Shown here: piece by piece, positions 26,680-41,729 of the stretch
Position numbering within the stretch: position 1 is the first letter of the stretch
Layout of the letters: every line of letters begins with the position of its first letter
Assembly (NCBI GenBank): GCA_964016885.1
Contig: OZ024742.1
Span: forward strand, 80,414,001-80,478,000
Direction: 5' to 3'
From: Eledone cirrhosa
Taxonomy: Eukaryota
Length of the DNA: 64,000 nucleotides
Position numbers and translations under genes: made by a program
Notes under the pieces: model-generated
Told to the model about the DNA's origin: nothing
Databases searched by the model: none
What the model saw: only the letters and a program-made list of their open reading frames with translations

Positions 26680-27984
26680 ACTATGTTGATTTTGGTATGG
26701 TCCGAAACAGCTGCGTTTCGGTGGATCAGATATTTGGAAGTCATGGGTTTGGCATAATGGGAATGGAGGATGCTGATTGCGGATTTGGAACGGGTGATGA
26801 GGAACGGTTCCCGAATGTGCAACCCCAAAGAACTAGAGAGACACATACAACACTTCATCCACCGTATGTAATTCTCTGGTCACAATCAGAGAGATAAAAT
26901 CAGAGTATATAGAGTAACCAGAAACAAATAGGAAAAAATGGTAAATAATGATACAAATGGGACCTGTCCCTTGTATAGGAGTAAATTTTGGAATAGAATG
27001 GAAATAACTAGGAATGAGGTTAATAGAATAAACTCATGGTTTGATAGCAATAAATACCAGAGTGTAATGTTCATCGATACAACCCCTAGAGGTGAATTAG
27101 CTTACAAATTTAGAAGGACCCTAGATAAACATAAACTCAATATTAAGATAGTAGAAAGACCAGGTACCTCCATAAAAACACTTATTTGCAATAAATACCC
27201 TTTTCGAAGACCTTCCTGTATAGATAAGAAATGTATAATCTGTAAACTAAGCCCCCATATTAACTGTAAAACTAGAAATGTAGTATATAGCATATGATGT
27301 ACTGAAAGACAATGTAGAGATAAGAATATAGTGTACATAGGTGAGACAGCTCGTAGTATAGGGGAACGGATACATGAACAGTGGCGAGATTTCAAGATAG
27401 TAAAGAATCATCTATACTCCACCAACATGATAAAATAGAACATAAGGGTACATTAGAGAACATAGAAATAAAAATAGAATCTACACACAGAAAAGGCGCA
27501 ATGTTTAGACAAATCATAGAGGCAATAAACATAAATGAACTCCAACCAAAATTAAATAGAAAACATGAATGGAATAGCAACATCACAACTTACAATTAAG
27601 GACAAAATGAAAACACACACACACACATAGAACAAACAACCAACCAGTAACATGTAAATAAACAAATAAATAAACAAATATAAGCACACACAGACACCCG
27701 GATGTAACACATGCGCAAACTAAGCACGCAACAAAAACAAAATGTCGTAGGACAAAACAAACAAGAGGCACAAAAAACAAAGAAAATAATCCCCAGTCAC
27801 TGAAGAGGTCACATAATGCGTGACGAAAGAAGTTTGACAATATATGAACAATCGTCTAGTTGTGCAACCAACCAACCAACCGGAAATTTATAAATTCATG
27901 AATTTATAAATTTAATTTATAATAAATTGAAGTGAAACAAGAGGTGCGTGTGTTTCTTATTGGCAACATGGCCCTCCCAAAGCA

Positions 27985-27990
<6 letters not shown>
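26680..27990 (+). mobile_element. PLE 3' fragment (GIY-YIG) with an inverted RT-thumb piece at 26680-26830
   Basis: C..C..C..CKTRNVVY.I*C..C..YIGETARS..ER..E, H..H, RQIIEA..LNRKHEWN; minus-strand HYAKPMTSKYLIH..K.NI resembles a PLE thumb. Confidence 0.82.
27796..27838 (+). ncRNA. Hammerhead-like motif in PLE 3' end
   Basis: GUCA CUGAAGA G GUCAC-AUAAUGC-GUGAC GAAA GAAG UU UGAC; helix III is unpaired. Confidence 0.6.
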
Positions 27991-28071
<81 letters not shown>

Positions 28072-28148
28072 TATATATATATATATATACATATAATATA
28101 TATATATATATATACATATAATATATATATATATATATACATATAATA

Positions 28149-28271
<123 letters not shown>

Positions 28272-28447
28272 TATATATATATATATACATATATACATGT
28301 ACGCCCCATGTACGTCAATACTCATCTTTTTCCATTTATCTGAGGGTTCTAAACCCCATTATCAGGCTAAAATTCCTTTAGTCAAAAATACGGTGAAAGC
28401 TATTCTATTTTCTAATTTCAAACCTGCTCACTGTTTCAAAACATACT

Positions 28448-28531
<84 letters not shown>

Positions 28532-29821
28532 GATTTCCTATGATTTATTCTATTTCAGCAAATTCTGCGGATTTCTGTAGCATCAAATTATTCGCGCCGG
28601 ATGTTTGAACATTTATATAAAAGAGTAAATATGCCAGAAGCTAGGAAATTATATTTACATTTCTGTGACATCCCTCAATAAAGCTTTCTTTCACATCATC
28701 ATGTTTCTTTCATTCACAAACGAAAAGGTATCGAGAGCCTTGAAGTGTCGTTTTGGAGCTGTTTGCTTCCTTGTGTCAAACATTATTTTCTGTACAGTGA
28801 CAAGTTAATCTTATCGTTTGATATGAATCGTGTACAGTTATTTCCTGTAATCGGCTATTCTCACTCGCTGACTTTCTTCTTTGATTGAAGTTTCAAATCT
28901 TTTTTATCATTCATGGAGAAATACTTCTGCTTTCATCATATATTATATCATAAGACATTTGAATATGCTATACATGTTTAATTTTTGCGGCATATTCAAC
29001 TGCCTTTTAATAGAACTCATATATATGCTCCTTTCTCTATTTGGGCGGAAATATTGGATTACATCTCTTCCATTGTGTCAAATATATCACAATTTATTTT
29101 TCTTAATATTTATTCGTTATTCTCAAAATCATAAAACTAAATAAATGTTATATTCTTCATATCTTTTAGCATGCGTCAATTAGATTATTATTCAAAATGA
29201 TATTTACTGTTATCATATCGTAAATATGAAATGTCTATGCCTAAACAGAATATATATGACAGTTATATTACTAAACTACAGAAATGCAATATCTGAAGAC
29301 ATTATAAAATGAACGCCCACATATTCCGAAGGAGTTGAATTATACTGTTCTTATGAAATTCCATAAGCAACGGTTCGTTGTTTAAGAGGTTTGCATATAC
29401 AGCGATTTATTATATTAATCTTTTATTATTCCTTTCAATCTAAGAAACTTGTTTTTCATTGTCACTTACGTTGATACAGATACAATCAGATACGATGAAA
29501 TGAGATAACTGTACCCTTAACCGGTAAAGTTTAATGTAACTATATTATACATAATGCCCAAGTGTGTAGTCTAAAACATATTTTCGTTATCCAAGAATAT
29601 GATATAATTGCATTTGGCATAGCTGAAGATGTAAGGGAACCACTCTAGGCCTATTATGAAACATGTTAATCATGAAATGGCTTAATATACAAACATATAG
29701 TATTAATTTTTCTCTAAATTCACTGAAAAATGAAGACATGAGGGTATTTTAACTATATTAAATATGTACATGTTGATACAAATGAATACAAGAATATTGG
29801 GGATTAAGTTTTAGTGATATA

Positions 29822-30010
29822 ATTGTTTCTACTTTTGGCACAAGGCCAGCAATAACCCAGTGTATTACTGGTACTTTATTTTATCGACCCTGTAAGGATG
29901 AAAGGCAAAGTTAACCTCGGCAGGATTTGAAATCAGACCATAAAGGGCCGTAACTCTTTGCTGCAAAGCATGGCGTCCGACCTTCTACCGATACTGCCAA
30001 TCCACCGCCA
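29822..30010 (-). mobile_element. tRNA-derived SINE
   Basis: A-box TGGCAGTATCGG, degenerate B-box, core GCCTTTCATCC..GGTCGATAAAATAAAGTACCAG. Confidence 0.85.
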
Positions 30011-30369
30011 ATAATATAATCTTATTTTCGTTTGTAATATAAGGTCAGTATAAGAATATGAATATGTTTTCTATATCTATCTGAGCATTCGCCAATATTG
30101 TAAAGGTGTGTTTCACACACCTGTAATTGCAAAATTTGTTTGATATCCTCTGGTCGCAAAGTCTATCTCCCTCTCCCCTTCACCATTTTTTTCTTCAGCG
30201 TCGTACTAGTCCTTGGTCTTTCCTTACTTTTCCTCTAAGTTATGGCATTTATAGTCCTTTCCTCGTTTATATTATTTTGGTAATGTAAGGTTAGTATTTC
30301 AATCTGAACATGTTTACCATATCTATCTTACCATTCATCAATTTTCAATGGATATTATTTTATTATTAT

Positions 30370-30560
30370 ACGGTGGTGGATTGGCAGTATCGGTAGAGGG
30401 TCGGACGCCATGCTTTCCAGCATAGTTACGTTCCTTTACGATCTGAGTTCAAATCCCGTCGAGGTTGACTTTGCCTTTCATCCTTACGGGGTCGATAAAA
30501 TAAAGTACCAGTAATGCACTGTGCAATTGCTGGCCTTGTGCCTAAAGTAGAAACAATTAT
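30370..30560 (+). mobile_element. tRNA-derived SINE
   Basis: A-box TGGCAGTATCGG, B-box GTTCAAATCC, same core. Confidence 0.88.
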
Positions 30561-30579
30561 TTTATTATTATACGTTATA

Positions 30580-30770
30580 GCGGTTCGGTGGATTGGTAGT
30601 ATCTGTAGTGGGTCGTACACCATGCTTTCCAGCATAGAGTTACGTCCCTTCACCGAGTTCGAATCCTGCCGAGGTTAATTTTCCCCTTCCTCCTTACGGA
30701 GTCGATGAAATAAAGTATCAGTAATGCACTGGGATAATTGTTGGTGCCGTGCCAAAAGTAAAAACAATTA
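30580..30770 (+). mobile_element. tRNA-derived SINE, tandem to the previous copy
   Basis: B-box GTTCGAATCC; same family, more diverged. Confidence 0.8.
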
Positions 30771-31300
30771 TTATACGTTATTCTGAATACCATATTAATT
30801 TACAGTACTGAAAAAATGGATCAGGTTTTGCTTCATATTTTCGATATTTTCAATGAGAGTCATCTTCATATGAAAAGTAAACTATACATTTCTGGGTTGG
30901 CGGACGTGATATATCAGCGATCAACATGCGTTTTTTTTTAATTTAGGAAGGATGCTATACATATTTATTTCAAACATAACTTTGCAGTTCCTCATCCAGA
31001 ACTCGGTGAAATATATAAATCTCACGTACTGAAGTTGATTTACTCACTTGTATATCCATTCAGTTAATATATATATATATATATATTAGTGGTAATAATA
31101 ATAGTAATATTAATACATTGAGTATTAAAATTGTTTACCGGATGGGTGGAAAGCTCATTGCAATTGGTCACACGCAGATATGTTATATTCTAATTTAAAA
31201 AAAACACTAAGATTCAAGGCATAGTCAAACAGACATATATTTCTGCCGGAAGAGACGTATGTCAGTTTGGCAATGTCTTGGATCTTTGGTGATTTGGAAA

Positions 31301-32114
31301 TCTGTATATATATAAAATTAAGTATGTGTGTGTATGTGTCTGTCTGTGTATTACCTATAGGGGCATACATCTTGCGACCGATTTTCATGAAACTTTACAG
31401 GCTCATAGATTCGTCATCTGGAAATGTTTTCTATATATCAGTGTATCTTTTTTTCTTATTCCAGGGTCATTCTGCAGATAAAAATCGATAGGGGTGTAAC
31501 CTTTTTTAGGTATCGAAAAATAAGATTTTTGGCTCTAACCCCACATTTTGCCACCGATTTCGTTCACATTTTAAATAAAAATAGAATTTATCATTCCACA
31601 TCCTGTAATCGCTTTATATTCTGCATTTGTTGTTCAGGAATGGCGTGGCATCCGCTTAAATATTCAAAAATACCACTTTTAGACTCAAATTTCTTTTTCG
31701 ATCTACCTTAATCGATCTACTTTAATCGATCTACTTTGTTCAAATTTTATACTACGCTAGATCTGAGTATTTAAAGTCTTAAAGTGGCTTTACATTTCGG
31801 AATTTATTTTAAACAACGGCGTGACAGCCGCTTAAATATTCGAAAATACCACCTTTTCGTTCAAATTTCCGAATTTTGGGCTCTAGCTCCCACATTTTCA
31901 AACCGACTTCGTTCAAATTCGATACACCTTCCCCCAGCATGCCCCTTCGTCAGTCACCCACGTTTATCAGTGATAGACGTCATCACCACCCTTCACCGCA
32001 TGACCTGTGTGTGGCCATAGATGAGTCATCAAGAAGCAGTCACTAAGATCCACATCTTTTCATCAAAGCAGATATTATTTTACCTACCCAGGCAACGCTG
32101 GGTGCTGCTGCTAG
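31301..32114 (+). mobile_element. Non-autonomous Helitron
   Basis: A|TC 5' end followed by TATATATAAAA and (GT) repeats; 3' hairpin CCCAG-GCAACG-CTGGG (32087-32102) then CTAG|T. Confidence 0.75.
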
Positions 32115-32115
32115 T

Positions 32116-32550
<435 letters not shown>

Positions 32551-32559
32551 AAACGACAG

Positions 32560-33503
<944 letters not shown>

Positions 33504-34761
33504 GAAAAAATGAAATTTCATTTAACACTCTTAGTACGAATGATACATGCTTATATATATATATATATATATATATAATAAGGAGTTGACGGACCCACCT
33601 TATTTATCAATGCCAGGACCGGTCGTATCTCAGCGTACTCAACACGTAATGTAGGATACATTCCCAGAGTATACATATAGTTATTCCCTTCAATGCAACA
33701 CACGAAAACAGGTGCCTATAGAAATGGCTTCTACAGGACTAGGACCGTTTTATTCGGGAGAGTACATCAGGAAGCCCTGATATATATATATATATTATAA
33801 TAATAATGATAATAATAATAATAATAAGAAGAAGAAGAATAATAAGAATAAGGGAAGAAGACGCACGAGGTGGTAGAACGTCACGAAAATGCTCCCGTAA
33901 GTTTTTTGATTTTTAACATATTTAAATCAATTGTGAAAGAACAATTCTTAGCACAAATGTTGCATAAAGGCACCGAATGAGGTCCCATAAAGTTTCCGAT
34001 CCATATTATATTGTTGTATCGCTCAAATATTCAATTTTGTATTATATATTTTGTATTCAAAAAAAGAAAATGGTTATAAATGGAACAAAACACCCTCTGT
34101 CTACACTATATAGAACAGCAGCAATTTCAATTTCACCAATACCAGAAACTTGATACACTACCTATCCCATCACACTAAATATAACAGCCAGATAACGGCA
34201 ATTTCACCAGCATCATAATAATAATTACTATTATTATTGTCTCAAATTTAAAAAAATGTTTAATTCAAATTTTACGGGAATATGTCAACACAAAATATAA
34301 TAAAAATATATATTAAACATACGAACACAAACTCATAGATACTATATCAGTAACCACAACACCACCGCTGCCACCACCCCACCACATCCATCATCGCCGC
34401 CACCACTCATTCAATGCTACTGACACTATTCCCCTGTTAACTTGAGAGAGAAAAGGGAAGGTGGCGGTATCACTGGGTGATTGCTGGCCTTGTGCCTGGA
34501 GTGGAGACAATTATTAATAATTTCATTCTTAAGCCACGCAATGCTAACATTAAGGAACCACTCATGATAATAACAATTTAAAAAAAACAACAAAAAGTAA
34601 ACCCCGTGACCAAGAAATACCGGGATGGCGGCCGGCGGGGAATAGCCATGTCTCTAGGGGAGAACGACCCCTCTAGTCTTGGTTGACACTCGTTCTAGAA
34701 GTGGTAACACGAAATGATTACCCCTTGGCGGATAAGGATAAAACGCGACAAAATAAAGTAA

Positions 34762-37700
34762 ATGTCTAATGATAAAATCTCATACCGGATCGGCCGTCAC
34801 CCGAGTAAAAAAGGGCCGCGTCCCTCAGAGAGGAACCAGACTGGGGTCGAAAAATCAGCTAATGGTTCAAACCTTCCCATCACTTCGGAGCTGGAGACCT
34901 CCCATAACCGGAATACTCCTACTGTTGGCCCTCCATGCTCATCACCAAGAAATCCAAAGAAAAAGAGAGAAAAATGGTCAAGGGAAGATAATAAAGAAGT
35001 CCTTGAGGCTTTCTAGACTGCCATGTACTACCCATCAAATACATCGAATACAGAACAAACATATATCAACTGGAAAAAGAAACATCCCGAAAACAGAGGC
35101 TATATTGACAGTAACAAACTAGCCAATATACGAAGAAATATTGTAAGAAAAGAGTTACTAACTGATATAGAAATTGATCAGATCAAGTTAGTAGCACAAA
35201 GTCAGCGAAGTGAAAATGAAGCATGTGTCAGTGAAAACGAGGTAAACTGTAACACTTCGAATCCCAGGGTTGGGGCGGAATCACTGGCAACAGAACAAAT
35301 TAAAGAAAGGAGCGAAAAAGTGGAGGGAGTGCATGCTCAGGATGAAACTCCAAATGAAAATAATGAGATCGTAAATGATAAAGAAATGAATGAGAATGAA
35401 CTTGCCAACTTGAAGGATGAAATTATGATCGAATGGATGAAAATGAAAGAATCTGACATGGGGAAACGAGACACCCTCCCTAAGATCCAGAACTCCAAAC
35501 AGAACCAAAAGATAATACACAAGACTAACATAATTCTCAAAATCATTATCATCACAAACAAACTAAACATTACTGACTTAAATCATCTCTATTATGCATC
35601 GGCTAAAGTCACCACTCACTTATGTGGAGTGAAGATGAAAAACCAGAGGAATTCCCACAAGAAATCTACTTGGCAAGATAACATCAATCGCCAAATAAAC
35701 CTTCTCCGATCTGACATAGAAATGTTAACAAACTATAAAGTAGGTGAACATGTTAAACAAACTAAACTTAGAAAATTGAAAAAAAAGTACAGTATAAGAT
35801 CAACATGTGACATAGACATGCTGATAGAAACAATCAAGCAAAAAGTGTCGGCCAAAGCTGCTCGTATAAGGCGCTTTGAAAAACGATATAGATTCTATAA
35901 GGACAATAATATGTTCAAAAACAACCAAAGAAACTTCTACAGAAAAATTGGTAAGTCAACAATCACTGCTAAATCAATACCACCCAAGGAGGAAGTGCAA
36001 GAATTCTGGGAAAAGATCTGGACCGAAGAAAAAGTTCATAACATACATGCCCCATGGATAGACAGACAAATGAATGAAACAGCTCACCTTTAAGAACAAA
36101 CATGGGAAAATATAACAGTTGAACAGCTGCGCTTGGCTCTAAGAAAAACCAGCAAATTGAAATCCCCAGGAAAAGACAAAATACAAAACTTTTGGATAAA
36201 TGCCTTCACAGAGTCTCATGAGCTGTTAGCCCAAATTTACAATGAAATAGTTAAGGAGCCAGAAAAGATACCATCATGGCTAGTTAGTGGCATTACATTC
36301 CTGCTACCGAAGAATGATGAGACAAACAATCCCAAAAATTACAGACCGATAACCTGCTTAACCACAATGTATAACATTTTAACATCAGTCCTAACTGAAT
36401 ACACATATGACCACCTGATAACAAATTACCTATTTCCCATTGAGCAGAAAGGGTGTAAACGAGGCTCATATGGCTGTAAGGATCAGCTTCTGGTTAACAA
36501 AATGGTATTGGAAGATTGTCATAATAGACACAAAAATCTATCGATTGCTTGGATAGATTATAAAAAAGCATTCGATAGTTTGCCACACAATTGGATTGAA
36601 AAATGTTTAGAGATTTTCAAAATATCCCCCGTTGTCAGGAGGTTTTTGTCATTCAGTATGAGGACATGGAGAACGACACTACTTTTGAATAGTGAAACAA
36701 AATCACTGGAAGCTGGAGAAGTTAATATTAATTGTGGAATTTTTCAGGGTGACTCTTTATCACCGCTTTTATTGTGCATCGCACTTATACCATTAAGTAA
36801 AATGCTCAATGAAACAAAACATGGATATAGAGTCTATGACAAAACCATTAATCACCTGTTCTACATGGATGACCTGAAACTATTTGCAAAAAATGATGAA
36901 CAATTGCAAGGGCTATTATCCACTGTGAATCAGTTCAGTGATGACATTAAAATGGAGTTTGGACTGGATAAATGCGCCAAAGCAACGTTCACCAGAGGAA
37001 AGCTGCTGAAGAGTTCAGACATTAATCTTGATCGGGGGAACGTGATAAGAGAGCTTGATCAAGAAAAAACTTACAAATATCTAGGTGTTTGTGAAGGAGA
37101 CGGAATCAAGCACTCGACAATGGGGGAAAGGATAAGGAAGGAATGTTACCGTAGAGTCAGAGCAATCTTAAGAACGGAATTGAATGCAAGGAATAGGATC
37201 GATGCCATAAACACGCTTGCCATACCAGTAGTAACCTACAGTTACAATGTCATCAAATGGTCAAGCACAGAGATCCGTAGGCTCGATACAAAAATCCGAA
37301 AATACTTAACCATGCACAGAATGCATCACCCTAAGGCAGACATAGATAGAATATATCTCCCTAGGAAAGAAGGAGGACGTGGGTTAATCCAGTTAGACAT
37401 TGCGTTGAAAACTGCAACAATTGAATTATCCACATATCTAAGGGAATCACATGATTGGATGATCAAACTCGTTTTGAAACACGAAAGCACCAAAAGATCA
37501 TATTCCATTACAAAAGATGCACAAAGATACAGTAATGGACTACAAATTTCAGAAGTCCCATTTACTGCTGAAATGGAAAACACAGAAAAAGCAAAGCAGG
37601 TAAAAGTAACTGCAAAGAAAGAACTGCTACAGAAACTGGCTAAGAAATGGCAAGAAAAGCCTCTGTATGGAAAATACCCAGAGCGAGCTAACAATCCGGA

Positions 37701-38412
37701 TGTTGACAAAACTTTAACCCATCAGTGGTTGGCATCCTCTGGACTGAAATCGGAGACTGAAGGACTGATTATATCGGCACAATATCAGTGTCTGCCAACA
37801 AAAAATTACCAAGCCAACATAATAAAAAATGGGTGCAGCCCATTATGCCGTGTATGCAAAAAACAACCAGAGACCATTGACCATATAATTTCAATGCGCA
37901 GTCCTATAGCTCCAACCGAATACCTAAACAGGCATGACAGAGCTGCACAATACATACATTGGGTAATGTGTAAGCATTTTGTCCTGCCCCATCAAAAGAA
38001 TTGGTGGGAGCATCAACCACCTCCCATACTTGAAAAAGATCACATCTCAATCTTGTGGAACTTTAGCATCCAAACAGACCGAAAAATAGATGCAGATAGA
38101 CCTGATATAATATTGAAGGACTTTCAAAGGAGGGTATGCCTGCTAATTGATATGGCTGTTCCAATAAACAAGAATGTATCTATAAAAACATTTGAAAAAT
38201 TGAGCAAGTATAAGGACCTGGAGATAGAAATTGGAAAAATGTGGAAATTGAGAACTAAAACAATACCAGTGGTTGTAGGCGCTCTGGGAATGATACCTAA
38301 GGGGTCTAACGACTACTTATCGGAAATCCCAGGAAACCCGCGTGTAGGAGAAATACAAAAGATAGTACTAATGGGAACTGCCCATATACTAAGGAAGATC
38401 CTGTCAATATAA
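34762..38412 (+). pseudogene. R4/Dong ORF (~1216 codons, one frame, premature stops at 35014 and 36091)
   Basis: The three listed ORFs are in frame; KSPGKD, NYRPITCL, DYKKAFDS, IFQGDSLSP, YMDD, GGRGL, C..C...ET..H, RHD, RPDI, K..KY.DL. Confidence 0.92.
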
Positions 38413-38614
38413 GTACATCACAAGTCTAAACACTAAAGATGCATGTTTCTTGGAATTAACAACACCACATTTCGGATCTTGGCTTATCAACGAATTAACA
38501 AGGTTCAACATGATGTACATTGTAAGTCAGTGAGAAAGTGAAAAAAGTACTCAACACATTTCAGTAAGAAAGAAGATTTATTGAAAGTTAAGTGTGTTCC
38601 AGTGACGGCTGGTG

Positions 38615-38790
38615 TTTCTGGCACAAGGCCAGCAATTACCCAGTGCATTACTGGTACTTTATTATATCGATCCTGTAAGGATGACAGGCACAGTTAACCT
38701 CGGCGGGATTTGAACTCAGACCATAAATGGCCATGACTCTTTGCTGCTAAGCTTGGCGTCAGACCCTCTACCAATACTGCCACTCCACCG
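38615..38790 (-). mobile_element. tRNA-derived SINE
   Basis: Same family as the 29822 copy. Confidence 0.85.
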
Positions 38791-39174
38791 GGAACTGCCC
38801 ATATCCTAAGGAAGTTTCTGTCAATATAAGTACATCAGAAGTCTAAACACCTGAAGATGCATGTGTGTGCATGTGTATGTGTGTTCTTTCTTGAACATGG
38901 CAGACATTGTTGCCTCTTGAGGTCACTGGTTGTGACTTGGTGATAACTCGTTTGAACATAAAGCAAGATAAATGAAATAATAATAATAATAATAAAGATA
39001 CTATTTATAGTTATGTATATACTATACTATAAATAACTATAAACAGGAAAGGTCAGTAATTTATTACTACCGTATTACCAGTAAGGAAAATAGCTCAATG
39101 TAAGAACATCAGGTGCTTTACCCCAAGGAATATAATATACACAAGTATCAAAGTTATGTTCAAATAATTTAATC

Positions 39175-39219
39175 GCTGACAATTGTTTCTTCCAAACTTT
39201 AGTGTGGAATCATCGGAGC
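39175..39219 (-). ncRNA. Hammerhead motif (U4C)
   Basis: GCU CCGAUGA UUCCA..UGGAA GAAA CAAUUG UC AGC. Confidence 0.75.
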
Positions 39220-40164
39220 ATTCTCAATATGTTTACATATAGTTAACCTACTATTCAACTGAAGAATCATATAGATACATATATATTGATGTTGTGAACA
39301 ACAGTTTCGTATATACAGGGTGTAATGGATGCGACATATATTATACCAGAATTGTACAATAATTCAAATTAAGATTAAAATTAAAATTAAAATTAAAATT
39401 AAAACTAAAAGCACAGTGTAGAATACATGCGACAGATAATATAAGAGAATAGTCTAATAATTAAAGAGGCATTGAGGAAGCGTATAGATATTGTACATGC
39501 GTTAGTCATATATATAGGAAGTAAACAAGCAAATGTATTAGGCATATATGAGTACTGTATGGCAAGGTATTGCATAGAATATAAGCATTTTAAGCGAATA
39601 TGTTAGTGTATTATGGAGAATGTAATGCGAGGATAGTTTCTAAATAGTTCAAATATGTATGTGTGTAGAATATGAAAGTTACAGATTTCCCATCCATTAC
39701 ATATGTTAAGTTATATTTTATTTAATGTTTGTATTGAATGTTTTTAGTTAGTTATAGTAATGGATTGGAACTTGGTCTTATTGTATAGTAATGGATTGAA
39801 ACTTGGTCTTATTCATGGATTAGAGTTGTTCTACAGCTAGAATTTTCAACGGTTTAATATCCGGAAGTGGATATGGAATTAAGGGGAGCTAATGCGTAAG
39901 GGGAGGTAACTAGCTCATTATAATATTAACATTCTTTGCTCTAAGAGACATTATATAGTGCCACAATTGAATCCCATATACAAAGTGTTATATATTTATA
40001 TTTAATTTTAAATATCAGTCTACTCTCTCATAATATTTTAAATGTTTCATTAGATTGTTATCTACCCACCCAATATTAGGCAAGATATGGAACAATCTAT
40101 AGCTGTTTACATGTTAAATTAGATAAATCCCTTATGCTAATAAATTAATCCTTTATATACAATG

Positions 40165-40352
40165 TTAGTGGATTGGCAGTATAGGTAAAGGGTCGGACGC
40201 CATGCTTTCCAGCATAGTTACGTCCCTTTACGATCTGAGTTTAAATCCCGCCGAGGTTGACTTTGCCTTTCATCCTTACGGGGGTCGATAAAATAAAGTA
40301 CCAGTAATGCACTGGGTAATTGCTGGCCTTGTGCCTAAAGTAGAAACAGTTA
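40165..40352 (+). mobile_element. tRNA-derived SINE
   Basis: Same family. Confidence 0.85.
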
Positions 40353-41729
40353 TTAATTTATACATTTAATTATAAATGTATATATAATTCATTGTCACAT
40401 ATTACATTTAATGTCTATACATATTATATTATTTTTCAATTATTGTATATATTATAGTAATCTAAAGTATTTATATTATAGGGTGGTGACTAGATGTTTA
40501 TCTCTAGAGTATAATGTTAGAGATAAATAGGATTTGTGTAGAGGAAAGAGCAGATCAAAGAGTGTGGTGCTGTGGGGGTAGAAATGTCTTAGAGGTGAAG
40601 TGTTAATGGTGGTGATGAATTCAAATATCACATTGTTACATACTAGCGGCTAGGTTTAAAGCTATCGAATGATAGTGGTGTTGGCACGTGGAAAACGCCT
40701 CTAACTTTTTTATTTAGGAGGTTTAGTTTCGAAAAGATTATAGTATGGGTCTCTAGAAGACAGAGGTTACAACATGTATTCGGTGGTTTATACGATGCAG
40801 CCCTAACTACTACTTTCCATTGAAGTGTATATGTTCTATTCCTAGTTTTCAGAGAGTGTATGTAGCTAGATAGTAAAGTGGAGTTGGCTAAATTGTGTTT
40901 TTTGAAAGAGTGGAGGTGGGAGTTGGGTCTCGTCTTGAAGCAGTTCGAAGTAGAGCCAATACATTTTTTAGAAGAGTTGTTTGTTGACCGTGCAGGAGTA
41001 AATGATGTCTTTGATTAAGCAATTATTACTTACTGGGCAAGTTCTATTTGATCTACTGTTACATTTATTTTGGATGTTATCTTGCCGGTTACTATGTTGT
41101 GTAGAAGTCTGGTTGTTATGGATAGCATTAGGGTAATGATGGTTGTCGTTCCTATTGTTATTGATTTCATTAGTGTTATTACTATTATTACTATTGCTAC
41201 TAGGGTTTGTAGTTATTATGTTTTTATGTAAGTGTACCTGCTGCTGTATTTTAATTAGTTGGAAATAATTATTAATATTCTTTTTATGGTGTTTTTATTT
41301 ATAAGATTATGGTATTTGTGGCCAGATGGGAAGTGTTTTTCTAGGATTGAGAAGAAAGCCTTAGGTAAGTTGGTAGAGACGTTTAGATTGAAAGGGGGAT
41401 TGAAGAATGTATTAGTTCTTCTCCAATTTTTGTTTTTTGTAATATCTATTGAGGAATTTCTGTTTATAATATTATTGTGGTGTTTACTTTGGTGCGAGTT
41501 AAGTTAGATGTTACCCTTTGTATTAGAGTAAGAGTGGCTAGTACTCTTATAATTTTTCTTCGTGGCCATATTGTGAGAAATAATGCTTTAACCATATTTA
41601 ACAATAATTCCCAATACTATAATCAGGCATTAGCTAAATCAGGCCATAAAAATGGGATTGAATTCCTACCTATGAATTCACATAGTTACAGCAGTCCAAC
41701 CTGCCCCAGTGGGAAAACAGCGAGTCCGT

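Larger units (their letters stand above)
34595..38995 (+). mobile_element. R4/Dong-type non-LTR retrotransposon (RT + restriction-like endonuclease)
   Basis: Single long frame; (TAA)n tail at ~38976-38995. Confidence 0.9.
39040..41690 (-). mobile_element. Hydra-like PLE 3' portion (EN ~40680-41500) with pseudo-LTR and an inverted thumb piece (41575-41690)
   Basis: FFNPPFNLNVSTN..HFPSGHKY, IGSTSNCFKTR..H..SF, CNLCLLE, LLNK; plus-strand YYNQALAKSGH. Confidence 0.75.

Noticed and set aside
27295-27297. In-frame TGA in the PLE endonuclease as possible selenocysteine (as in Naiad PLEs)
   Set aside because: Not at a conserved Cys position, the domain order is C-terminal EN, and the copy is also frameshifted
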